Made by a program: the position numbers and the translations under genes
Shown: piece by piece, positions 1 to 11,250 of the stretch
Layout: every line of letters starts with the position of its first letter
Position numbering within the stretch: position 1 is the first letter of the stretch
The notes under the pieces: generated by a model
What the model was told of the DNA's origin: nothing
What the model saw: only the letters and a program-made list of their open reading frames with translations
Database searches by the model: none
Assembly (NCBI GenBank): GCA_002104905.1
Contig: MCFE01000660.1
Coordinates: forward strand, 1 to 49,077
DNA length: 49,077 nt
Direction of reading: 5' to 3'
DNA from: Basidiobolus meristosporus CBS 931.73
Taxonomy: Eukaryota; Fungi; Basidiobolomycota

Positions 1-165
1 AGTGCCACATAGTGCCAGCCTGTTTATAGTGCGGGATCAATCTAGCACTCTATGGCACCATCTGGGACTATAACTTCTCCCAAAATGCCAGTGGTAGGAT
101 ATATTTAATGGTAATTTTACTCAATCTTACTTATGTTGCTCAGAGTAGTGCTTTCCTTGCTTTAT

Positions 166-2125
166 TTACTCCTCATAATGCTCCAGACACATTTCTCTCA
201 GTGGATGTCTTCTTGTATGAACATACTGTGCATTAATAAGTATCTTAACTATTTTACCTATTCTGCTGTTTTCACCTATATATGACTTTCCACTGTATTA
301 ACCTGCCAATATGCTGAATCTCTTCAGATATCCAAATTTGTGCTCTACCCTTACTCTGAAATGATTAAATATCTCATTGTAGAGCTTCTGCTTTCTGCTA
401 AGCACACCATTCCTTGGCTTCCTATAAGCTGTAATACATCCTAATCTCTGACAATCCTCTCCTATATAGGCTAAGTCTGCCATACATTTCTCCCCTCTAC
501 TGAATTCAGGATGATTCTCTACCCAGAGTGCTTTGTCATGCCTACTTCCAGCAAATGGCCCACTAAACCAGATGATGTTACCCTCAATGTCAGACAGTGC
601 TTGAAACTTCACACAGTGTGCCTTGTACTTGCCAGAATAAAAGTGCCTCTGCCCTCTAGAAGGTCTGTTAATCCTCACTGGGAAGGTATCCAAAATACTC
701 CTTATATGGAACCTGTTGCTGAACACTCTGGGATATGGAAGTCTATTGGAGCTTCTGAACCTAGTATTCCAAGCTTGCTCTAAGTCATTCATACCCTCTG
801 CAAGGTGGTTCTCCATTGCTGTCAGCTGGGAATGAAAGCCTCTAGGACTTTTGTTGCCATGGATGGTTGGATGAAACCTTGTAGGGCAATAGTCCTTGCA
901 ATAGCAGAGAAGCTTAACAAGGGATCTCCTTGAATAGGTTTGGGTAGATAATTCACGGTGTGGTGGTGTATAAGTCCAAGGGAGAGATACGTCCAACACT
1001 TCTCAAGTGTTTTGTGTGTGGGGTGTTCACTGGGTGCGATAACCTCTGGCAAAAGCTTGCTAGGAATACTTGGGTTCTGTCTCTAATCTAATGTGAAGGG
1101 GAATAAAGCCACAAGCTTATCAAGGGAAAACTATTGAGCTACAATCCCCAACTTAGTTGGCGTCTTAACAAAAGTATGTGCTGGGTTCAGCATCCTTTGA
1201 GATGACAATGTACTAAAGCTTCCAAAGTCAAAACAACTGTAAACTCCACCAGCAGGGACTTGATAAGAATGCAGCTTTGGTCAATAGTTACAAAGACAGA
1301 AAAGTATCTTTGCCTGTACAAGAACAAACTTGGGAAAGAATCAAATATAATAAAAGATACCTACTCTGAGTATTCCTCACAAGTAGTGCCTCCAAGGTCA
1401 GTTGGCTGTCAGCACGGTTTCCTGGGAGTGTTCTGTGGTCTAGGGTTGGAAGTTCAGGTAGCAGCAGGTAGCAGTGATCACACTAATCAACAAGTTGGTA
1501 TATTGATAAAAGGGATGATGATTTATTGTTGAGGGATAGCCTCCCTTATATACTTTTTTCACTGGCTAAGTGATTACTAATCATGGTGTTCCAGAAGGTT
1601 CCGGAGATCAATAGAAATCTTAATGACATCAGAATGACCTAAGAATGTTCTAAGTAGGTGCCAGAAGGTTCTAAGAGGCACAGCACATCCAACCAATCAG
1701 GAATCAGTATTCTGAAACCTGTGTAACATGGGGATACCATATATGGTATGGAAATGGTAGGGATGGTGACACGGGCTGATCATGTGTCACGGGTACTGGC
1801 ATGGGTACTTGCCTAATATAGAAGTACTTATAGCTAGTAATCTTACATAAAGTGAGGGGTAACTTATGCAATAAGGTAAGCAGGTGTGATAGTCAACCGG
1901 CTTATAGGATAGTACTGATTGGGTAAGACAAATGGGATAAAACTAAAATAAATGTAGTAGAGATATAGGGAAGTAGAAAATAAGGGAATGAGCACATCTG
2001 TCAGTAGGTGTCACTGTCACCCCACTACAACAGTACTTGGTATAGAACTCCCCTAGTGTGTCAAAAGGACATCCAGTGGTAGTGATGGGATTAATGAGAA
2101 AAGTCCATTCAGATGAGTAAATCAT
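166..2125 (-). pseudogene. DDE_Tnp_4 (Harbinger/IS5-like) transposase, split by solo LTR
   Basis: Motifs ILDTF, FYSGKYKAHCVKFQ, GSRHD, MADLAY, RVRVEH. N-terminus MIYSSEW...YTKY at 2030-2125 rejoins ELSTQTYSRR at <=954. After the TAA at 298-300 the frame continues YSGK...HPLR to a stop at 166-168. Confidence 0.88.
959..2029 (-). mobile_element. Solo LTR A (1071 bp)
   Basis: TGTAGTGG...CCACCACA termini on minus strand. Same length and endpoints as 18622-19692. Flanks acgg (955-958) and acag (2030-2033). Confidence 0.88.
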
Positions 2126-2483
2126 TTTAAAATTGGTGATGATTGGGCTGAGATGATTTGAGTTTATATGGCAAAATCAACTTTATTTATCTGATTTTCC
2201 ATGCATTATGATTAAATCTTCATCAATTGCCATGTATCGCATCATTGTGTTGCAAAAATCACCCTCAAACATTGACTTGGTATTTTTATGGATGTTTTAC
2301 TCACAAGTCTATAATCAAATAGGAAATCTACAATTGATGTGATCCAATTTGTGTTAATGCAATCTAAGTTGCATCATGCATAATATATGGAAAATTTAAC
2401 ATTCACATTAGTTCTCATATATATTTCATATAAGACCAGGTTGATACCAATACACTACTGTATAAGTATCCAAATCCATCACT

Positions 2484-3728
2484 ATGGTCCCTATACCAAG
2501 TCTCAGCACATCTTTAGTACAACCCACACAAAACCATCCTGCAGCTCACAAGTGCAGTCTGGACAGAAAAGTCAATGTTGGATCTGTTCAAGCTCATGCC
2601 AAATGATTTTAGTATGGCCCAAGTGTCTATGATGAGCCTTCATACAGATATTTGGGCACTACTCATTAATCTAGCAGAACTAGATACCTCAGAGAGTTGA
2701 CATAGATGGAAGAACCTGAGTAGAAAGCTGGGGCATAAGTTCTACATCAAGATGCCAGCAGTTGTATGTAAGAAGATACTTAACAAGACAAGTATTGAAA
2801 TCAAGAATGAGCTGAGAATGAGGGGATGTGATGAGGAAGCTGCACAGGAACAATTTTGCATGCAGTTTGCTCAGTACAGGCCCAACACGTCTGTTTATGC
2901 CTCAACATTGGAAACCAAAGAGATCTTGATTGAGTTTTTACCTCAAATGACTAATGTACTGTGTGATATATTAGTAGAGCTAAATGGCTTCCAAGAGCAC
3001 TAAGCACAGGACTCATCCAGGCAACAGTTTCAAAGTATCAGACAGAGGGTAAGTGAATACCTTGAAGAATCAGATGGTGAGCTTCAGGAGGAAGAATACA
3101 GACCTCTAGTAACAGTGGCTAGATTGTGCCAGCATGCCTTGCTGGATTCTATACCATCCCCCGCAACTTCAGCACGCCAATGCACATCAGTCTAAACTAT
3201 GTCAAAACCCTTCACAAGAGCACCCTGCATTGAGTCAATGCGTGTTGGATCAATGCACATGCTTCAGAGCAAAACCACCAGAGCTTGCCAAACTGCTCAT
3301 TTAGACATGAGTCCATGGAGTGGGCTGAGTTGTAGCAACAGGCTGCATCATATTAAACTCAGCCAAGGGCCATGCCAGCACATCAAGTTGTGTCTGCACA
3401 TGCTATTACACCTGACCATCAGCAAGTTTCTTCTGGTGAACTGACTGTTGATGACCCACATGAAGTGCCTCCACCACCAGAGCCTTTGGAAAGTAAAAGA
3501 ATGCATCAGCATGTAGCACTGCAGGCTGACTCAGTAGCATTATCCAGAGTAATTCAGCGTGGTGAAGCTGTAGCATCACACTCATCAACTAGGAGGCAAA
3601 ATACTGACTACAAATGCATAAGTAGCCAAGATGATAGTCAACAAGGAAGTAGTTTAGGTGTACAAAGTAAATCACTACCAAATGCTTCAGTAGTAATCCC
3701 TGTGAGAAAAAAACCTAGGAGAAGATGA
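2484..3728 (+). pseudogene. Harbinger accessory gene, copy 1 (possible Myb/SANT-like helix; basic C-terminus RKKPRRR)
   Basis: Joined frames read MAQVSMMSLHTDIWALLINLAELDTSES*HRWKNLSRKLGHKFYIKMPAVV... to ...VIPVRKKPRRR. Stops at 2698 and 3001 plus frameshifts. Homologous to 8277-9144. Confidence 0.6.
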
Positions 3729-4049
3729 TGCAATTGCATTGAATTGCTATTTTTTGCTATAATCCAAACAAAGCATTTTTTGCAATCCACATCAAACCAT
3801 TTCAAATCAGTGATCACAAAAGTTTTGACTATAAGTTAAAAATTTGCAAAATGTTGATCTTCCAAGAAAATTATAATATACTACTGATAGATAAAATATA
3901 AGGAAAATTATTCTGTATTCTTTATTTCCATTGTACCAACTTGGATTTAACAAAACTTGTAAATGTTTTTGACATTTAATTTTGTAATTTACTGCCCAGC
4001 ATAGTGCATTTGTAATCATGTTGACCATTCACCAGTCACCAGAGTACTA

Positions 4050-5599
4050 ATAATATCTTGCTGACCACTTGATTCTTCCAAAATGGCACCTTGACACAAT
4101 AGTCACCTTGCACAAGTGGAGTCAAGTGAGTCTGTGACATCTTTAGGCTCACCACAGCCTTCTGAATATGACACATAGAGTGATAGCTTTAAAGAAACAG
4201 GCTCACTCATAGATTGCCAGCCTATCTTCCCTAACAACAGTAACCTGCACAAGCCCATTAAAATCCCATCATGTAATGAGACAACACCTGTCAAAAAAAA
4301 TGCCAAGGATACTTTATGCAGTCAAGTGAGCCCATTAATCTATCTACTGGTCAATAATGTGATGCTCTGGCTAGAGAAGTGGTGCATCTTCACTGATATC
4401 AGTAATGGGGGCTTTGGGGATTTACTACCACTTCTTGCCAAGATCATCCAGGGATGCAACTTACCTTGTACATGTTGTAAATATACAACTGTGATGTGGC
4501 TGGCTACATAGGACTCAGTGACTGTCCTGATACTGGCATGTGTTAACAGTTGCATGACATTCACATCAGAAAATGCCACCATTGCAAGGTGTTCAACTTG
4601 TCAGGAATCTACCACCATTGCAGAAGATATTATTCATACTCTGGATAAATTCTGATTATACACCATCTAAAGAAGCTCTTGCAGTCCAACAAGTATTGTG
4701 AATCTATTAAGTATCACACTTAGTATCAATCAAGCTCAAACATATCCAATATTTTTGATGACCAACATTAAAAACCACTAAGAAGCAAGGGCTGCTTTGA
4801 AGATATGTACAATCATGCCTTAGCCTTGGCACTTAATGCATTCTCATTAAACAAGTACACTAGCAGCAAATCATGCTGGCCACTGATTCTCATCAACCTG
4901 AAACAGCTGCCTATCTTGTGGTATCAGAGCAGAAATCCAATGGTATTCTCACTGTTATTTGGGCATAAATTGCTGTTCAACCTGGATAGCTATCTGTATT
5001 TATTGCTGGATAATTCTTGATGCTTTCCAGCAGGAAAATAGTAAATGGCTACCATGTCAAAGCAATATAATAATCTGCATTGGAGATACCCTGGCCATCA
5101 GCATGATAGCTGGCTGCTCTGGGCACAATGGACAGCATTGCTGTCAAATGTGTGAGATCCAGAGGACTTACTCCATAACACACACACACATTATTATTGC
5201 CCAAACACCAACACCAAGAACATCATCTTTCTGCCAAGTGAACACACAGAAGTCAGCATGCAATTGCAGCAAAGTTGGCAAGCTATAAGCCACTGGCCCA
5301 AGTATGGAATTAATTGGAAACTGGAGATACTTAAGATAAAGGGTATTATATGAGCAAAGGCTTTTCACTGGGAGCAATGCATTTGCTTTTCAGCAATATC
5401 TCTATACTGATGACCAAGTTGTACATAGGACATTCCAAGCTAGATGAGCTCTTGGAGATACCAGAGAAGTTTGAAAGAACTGGCAAGATATTACAGAGTA
5501 TCTGCTACGGCAAGTAATTCTCATGGGCTCCAATCAACAGTTATGTGCATATGCAACAATACAAGTGCAGGGACCTGATGAACTGGATATGTATTTATT
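4050..5599 (+). pseudogene. CACTA/EnSpm Transposase_21-like remnant, 5' part
   Basis: Fragments YNHALALALNAFSLNKY..CWPLILINL and IICIGDTLAISMIAGCSGHNGQHCCQMCEI match the Tnp2-type DG..WP..LNLPP and GD...GH.G..CR.C pattern. Colinear with 35560-37531. Confidence 0.7.
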
Positions 5600-6217
5600 A
5601 GACTTGTTCTGCTGGATAGTGCCACATTGAGCCATGACTTTCAACAAGTGCCACTGTGTGCCAGAGAGCCATAGCATACCTAAGCTTGGCCACAGAGTGT
5701 GAAACATAGCCCTTCATCTCCATGCATAGTAGCCCATGTGTTACACATATTGTGCTTGAGAAAATACATTTTGGCCTTTTTTTTGGACCAATGTTGTGCA
5801 GGGTGTGTAACAGCACAGAGGGACTTAAGACATGCTTCTGGTACTCAATACCCATGGTACACTTAATCTAGCTCTTGTGGCTTGTAACATGTCATAAAAA
5901 TGCATGGGACTATCTTGGTCCACTGGCACTATCTGGCAATATAAATGCTTTGTATAGGTTTTATCTTATGTGTAATATTTAAAAATAGCGCCGGATAGTG
6001 CCAGTGGACCAAGATAGTGCCATGCATTTTTAAGACATGTTACAAGCCACAGGTGCTAGATTAAGAGTACCATGGGTATCAAGTACCAGATGCATGTCTT
6101 CAGTCCTTCTGTGCTCTTACACATCATGCACAACATTGATTCAAAAAAGAAGGTCAAAAAATAGATTTTCTCCAGCACACTGGCTGAAACACAGGGGCTG
6201 CATTGCATGTAGAGTAT
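5600..6217. mobile_element. Foldback MITE copy 1; right arm truncated where copy 2 begins
   Basis: Starts agacttgttc after att. Inverted arms around an AT-rich spacer at ~5940-5985. Confidence 0.85.
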
Positions 6218-6220
6218 ATT

Positions 6221-6938
6221 AGACTTGTTCCGTTGGATAGTGCCACATTGAGCCATGAGTGCCAAATGATGCCATAGTGTGCTAGAGAGGCCAAGTGAAC
6301 CTATACTTGGCCACAGAGTGTGAAAAATGGTTCTGCATCTCTGTGCAAAGCAGCCCCTGTGTTTCATCTATGACGGAGGAGAAAACCAATTTTTTGATGT
6401 TTTTTTGTGGATCAATGTTGTGCAGGATGTGTAAGAGCACAAAAGGATTGAAGTCATGCATCAGGTGCTCAATACCCATGGCACTCTGAATCTAGCTCCT
6501 GTGGCTTGCAACATGTCACAAAAATGCATGGCACTATCTTGGTCCACTGGTACTATCTGGCACTATAGATGCATTGTATAGATCTTACTTTAGGGCAAAT
6601 AATTAAATATAGTGCCAGATAGTACCAGTGGACCAAGATAGTGCCATGCATTTTTGTGACATGTTGCAAGCCACAGGAGCTAGATTCAGAGTGCCATGGG
6701 TATTGAGCACCTGATGCATGACTTCAATCCTTTTATGCTCTTACACATCCTGCACAAAACTGACCTAAAAAAAAAGGTCAAAAAATGGATTTTCTCCAAC
6801 ACAATGGGTGAAACACAGGGGCAGCTTTGCATGAAGATGCAGAGCTATGTATCACACTCTGTGGCCAAGTATAGGCTCACTTGGCCTCTCTGGCACACTA
6901 AGGCATTATTTGGCACTCATGGCTCAATGTAGCACTAT
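6221..6938. mobile_element. Foldback MITE copy 2; last ~16 nt of right TIR replaced by Harbinger sequence
   Basis: Starts agacttgttccgttgg after att. Inner ~120 bp of the arms are a perfect inverted repeat. Right arm runs to gcactat (6938), then switches to Harbinger left-end sequence. Confidence 0.88.
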
Positions 6939-7032
6939 AATTTCTACCATGATGCCAGTGGTATGATACAGTTACTGGTAATTTTACTCAATCTTACTTA
7001 TGTTGCTCAGAATAGTGCTTTCCTTGCTTTAT

Positions 7033-7917
7033 TTACTCTTCATAATGCTCCAGACACATTTCTCTCAGTGGATGTCTTCTTGTATGAACATACTGTGCAT
7101 TAATAAGTATCTTAACTATTTTACCTATTCTGCTGTTTTCACCTATATATGACTTTCCTCTGTATTAACCTGCCAATATGCTGAATCTCTTCAGATATCC
7201 AAATGTGTGCTCTACCCTTACTCTGAAATGATTAAATATCTCATTGTAGAGCTTCTGCTTTCTGCTAAGCACACCATTCCTTGGCTTCCTATAAGCTGTA
7301 ATACATCCTAATCTCTGACAATCCTCTCCTATATAGGCTAAGTCTGCCATACATTTCTCCCCTCTACTGAATTCAGGATGATTCTCTACCCAGAGTGCTT
7401 TGTCATGCCTACTTCCAGCAAATGGCCCACTAAACCAGATGATGTTACCCTCAATGTCAGACAGTGCTTGAAACTTCACACAGTGTGCCTTGTACTTGCC
7501 AGAATAAAAGTGCCTCTGCCCTCTAGAAGGTCTGTTAATCCTCACTGGGAAGGTATCCAAAATACTCCTTATATGGAACCTGTTGCTGAACACTCTGGGA
7601 TATGGAAGTCTATTGGAGCTTCTGAACCTAGTATTCCAAGCTTGCTCTAAGTCATTCATACCCTCTGCAAGGCGGTTCTCCATTGCTGTCAGCTGGGAAT
7701 GAAAGCTTCTAGGACTTTTGTTGCCATGGATGGTGGGATGAAACCTTGTAGGGCAATAGTTCTTGTAATAGCAGAGAAGCTTAACAAGGGATCTCCTTGA
7801 GTAGATTGGGGTTGATGGTTAACAGTACTTGGTATAGATCTCCTCCAGTGTGTCAAAAGGAAATCCAGTGGTAGTGATGGGATTGATGAGAAAAGACCAT
7901 TCAGATGAGTTAGTCAT
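7033..7917 (-). pseudogene. DDE_Tnp_4 transposase, copy 2 (~294 codons, two in-frame TAA)
   Basis: ATG at 7917 is in frame with ORF 7165-7683. TAA at 7819-7821 and 7165-7167. Tail YRGKSYIGENSRIGKIVKILINAQYVHTRRHPLREMCLEHYEE* ends at 7033. Confidence 0.88.
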
Positions 7918-8276
7918 ATTAAAATTGATGGATGATTGTATGGAGGCGGTTTGATTCAATTCGGCGTGATCTGCGTTATTTATCTGATTTTTAACACATT
8001 ATGGTTAAATCTCCATCAATTGCCATGTATCCCATTGTTATGTTGCAAAAATCATCTGCAAACAATGCCTTGGTACTTTTATTGATGCTTTAATCATAGG
8101 TCTATAATCAAATAGGAAATCTGCAATTGATGTGATCTGATCCGTGTCAACGCAATCTGAGATGCACCATGCATAATATATGGAAAATTCAACAATCACT
8201 TTAGTTGTTATATATATTTCATATAAGACCAGGTTGATGCCAATATACTGCTGTATAAGTATCCAAATCCGTTGCT

Positions 8277-9144
8277 ATGGTACCCATACCAAGCCTCAAC
8301 TCATCTTTAGTACAACCCAGACAAAACACATCCCCCAGCTCACAAGCATGGTCCGGACCGGAAAAGTCAATGTTGGATCCGTTTGAGTTCTCGCCAAATG
8401 ATTTTAGTATGGCCCAAGTGTCTATGATGAGCCTTCATACAGATATTTGGGCAACAGCTTCAAAGTATCAGACAGAGGGTAAGTGAATACCTTGAGGAAT
8501 CAGATGGGGAGCTTCAGGAGGAAGAATACAGACCGCAAGCAACATTGTCCAGATCGTGCCAGCACACCTTGCTGGATTCCCTACCATCTCTTGCAACCAC
8601 AGTGCGCCGGCGCACGTCAGTCCAGACCATGCGAACACCCTTTACCAGAATGCCCCGCGTCAAGTCAACGCGCGTGCTTCAGAGCAAAACTACAAGAACT
8701 TGCCAATCTGCTCATTTAGACACGAGTCCATTGGAGCGGACCAAGTTGTGTCAACATGTGGCATCACATCAAACTCAGCCAAGGGCCATCTCAACGCGTC
8801 AAGGCGCGCCTGCACATGCTGTTTTGCCTGACCATCAGCGAGTTACTTCTGGTGAACTGACTGATGATGACCAACATGAAGTGCCTCAACCACCGGAGCC
8901 CTTGGCAAGTAAAAGAACGCGTCAGCACGTGGCACTACAGGCCGGTTCAGTTGGTTCAGTTGGAGCAATTCAGCGCGGCCAAGCTGCAGCATTGCACTCA
9001 TCAACTAGGAGGCAAAATACTGACTGCAAATACACAAGTAGCCAAGATGATAGTCAGCCAGGAAGTAGTATAGGTGTGCAAAGTGAGTCACTACCAAATG
9101 CTTCAGTAGTAATCCCTGTGAGAAAAAAACCCAGGAGAAGATGA
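8277..9144 (+). pseudogene. Harbinger accessory gene, copy 2, with 365-bp frameshifting deletion
   Basis: ORFs 8277-8486 and 8545-9144. Relative to copy 1, the segment between GGCA at 2655-2658 and GGCA at 3020-3023 is missing. Ends RKKPRRR. Confidence 0.65.
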
Positions 9145-9867
9145 TGCGATTGCTTTGAATCGCTCACATTTGTAATGATCCCGACAACCCTTTTTTTTTG
9201 CGATCCAAATCAAGCCATCGCAAATCAGTGATCATCAAATTTTTGATATAAGTAATATCAAGGTCATCTCACATTTGAGAGAGAACCCCTATAAATAAAC
9301 ACCCTGCATATATATACGTCATCTGTAATACCAGTGCAGCTATTGGATCTGTTTTGCACCTACACAATCGCTTGCGTGCTAGCTATGACACCTTGTCCAA
9401 TCACTAGGATCAGGGATTTACTTGCTCAATGGGCAAAATGGCATATTTGATGGCGAATCAGGTAGCTTTTTCAGTAGTCAATGAGCCAATTGGGGGCTGC
9501 CAGCTTCAGGATACTTTTGGACCAATTAACCACTGAGATACCGTCCAATTGGAGTGAGGGTAACCAAAATGGTAAGTATCAGTGTAGTTTATAGTGTGAT
9601 ACACATTTATTTCCATTTACATTAAAGAAACATATCCAAATACCGGATTTTACCTGCCATTATAGCGGTATCCAATCACGCACATGATGCAAAGATTACG
9701 AGTTGGCGCAATCATCCGCGCCAACCTCAAAGTGTCAGATTGTGCCATAGTGTGCAAGATCTTCCAAGAACAATCCTGCCTTCTGGTAGCTATAATATTG
9801 CGCCCAATTGTTCTTTGCGACCGTGGATTGCGCCGCGCGCCCTGGCACGGTACAATGGAACAAGTCT

Positions 9868-10602
9868 AAAGCATTGGGAGTAATGCATGGATATTGTAGG
9901 AATATTTATCCAGGAGCAGATCACCAATGCCAGCTTGACACATCTACAGCTTTTGTGCAAAGTGTTTGTGATGGGAGATGAGCTGTACCACAAGCATAAA
10001 GCTGAATGTATAGATCTCAGCTGCTACTGTATACATTTGCTACTCCATCTTGCCTGATGTGTTGAGAATATTGGACCTTGCTTCACCTTTTGGGAGTTCT
10101 ATATGGAGCACATGTGTGGGGAGATAGTAAGACAAGTCAAGTCACAGGTACTCCCATATCCCAATCTCATCAAGAATATTACATTCAAGTCTGTGAAGGA
10201 TATGTTGAGTTGGCACATAGAGGACAGGCATGAAAAGCTGGGAAACACTGAGGACAGATGTGGACATTGAGACCCCTATGCCCATGGCTTTAAGAAGCTA
10301 AGCAGCCCCAATGTGTGGGTAATCAGTTAAGTAATGCAAAGTTGAGTTGCATGCAACAAGCAACTAACTCTTAGTAGGAAGACTCTACTAAAGTATGTCA
10401 GGTTTCTCTTTACCACAAGGAGATTTCTACACCATTCAGTACATAATTTAAACAAACAAGAGCCAGAGCACACCTATAAGGGGGAATAGAATTAAGCAGA
10501 GAGAAGGAATATATTGGCTAAATACCAAAAAGCTCTTTGCAGATAATCAGGAGGTATTCATGGCAGAAGTGGCAGCAACCAAGCATACGTTTGCAAGATA
10601 TA
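9868..10602 (+). pseudogene. CACTA transposase remnant, 3' part (continuation of 4050-5599)
   Basis: aaagcattgggagtaatgcatggatattgtaggaatatttatcc resumes the host ~40 bp after the point broken at 5599 (compared with 37190-37280). Contains the HL...GP...W.F.ME..CG region. Confidence 0.7.
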
Positions 10603-10971
10603 TGTTACAAGTTTTCATTTAGAAGTTGTAGAGGAATAGGGAGTTTAGCTAGTATTGTATTCACTAAAACTTGAACTGATCTTGATGGAGGTTCCAGCAG
10701 CTCCTCAAATACATTTTGCCAGATCAATTGCTGACTAATTGTATTTCCTAGTATAGGTTGTGCCTGATGACTCATTTGATTGCCTCATCATTGTTCAATT
10801 AGATCTTACTTAACATATCTATTTCTGTATGATATGGATTTGCTGATTCATGTGCTGACTAATCCTACTGATCTGACTGATAACACTGATATACTGATAG
10901 GATCAACATAAAACTAATTGATTAGACTAAAAACTGAACTAACTTAAACATTCAGGTGGTATAGCATCACA
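10603..10971 (-). mobile_element. Ty3/Gypsy family B 3' LTR
   Basis: TG...CA termini. Purine tract agtaggtgagaa adjoins on the minus strand. Homologous to 20564-20930. Confidence 0.75.
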
Positions 10972-11250
10972 TTCTCACCTACTAAAGTTGAGAGGGTTCT
11001 CCCGAATTTCTTTTCTTGTGATACCATTATCTCAATGGTTTAGTATTGTCAGCAAGTCTTGCAAGCCTGAATCTGTCTCTATAAACGAAATCTTCCCTGA
11101 TATTACCTTGCTTGTCCATTAGTTGGCAAGTTGAAATGGACATTATCAGATCATCTTGAGGACAGAAATTTTGCCATACCTTCTGTATGTTTGGTGCCAA
11201 CAATTTTTGAGTAAGCATGATAAATGTTATGAACCTTGCCTTTTTTGGCA
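10972..11250 (-). pseudogene. Family B integrase C-terminal tail and PPT
   Basis: DKQGNIREDFVYRDRFRLARLADNT matches the tail at 20950-21130. Confidence 0.7.

Larger units (their letters stand above)
1..3790. mobile_element. PIF/Harbinger-type (PHIS) DNA transposon, copy 1; left TIR cut by window start, right end lost, solo LTR inserted
   Basis: Window starts with agtgccacat, which equals nt 19-28 of the shared TIR. Carries a DDE_Tnp_4-like gene (-) and an accessory gene (+). Colinear with 6939-9230; similarity stops near 3790. Confidence 0.8.
6939..9867. mobile_element. PIF/Harbinger-type transposon, copy 2, with intact right TIR
   Basis: Ends caatggaacaagtct (9853-9867), the reverse complement of agacttgttccattg, which is the MITE terminus. 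Carries divergent transposase and accessory genes. Confidence 0.85.

Noticed and set aside
298-300. Alternative genetic code (TAA/TAG = Gln) to explain in-frame stops
   Set aside because: TAG at 47538 replaces a Leu seen in the sister copy, gag uses CAA/CAG abundantly, and stops differ between copies, which fits decay.
5598-5855. Recurrent short ORFs MGIEYQ...EQV (also 6282, 6696, 12487, 16969, 38195) resembling a small gene family
   Set aside because: They lie wholly within MITE arms, occur on both strands because of the palindrome, and vary in frame and length between copies.
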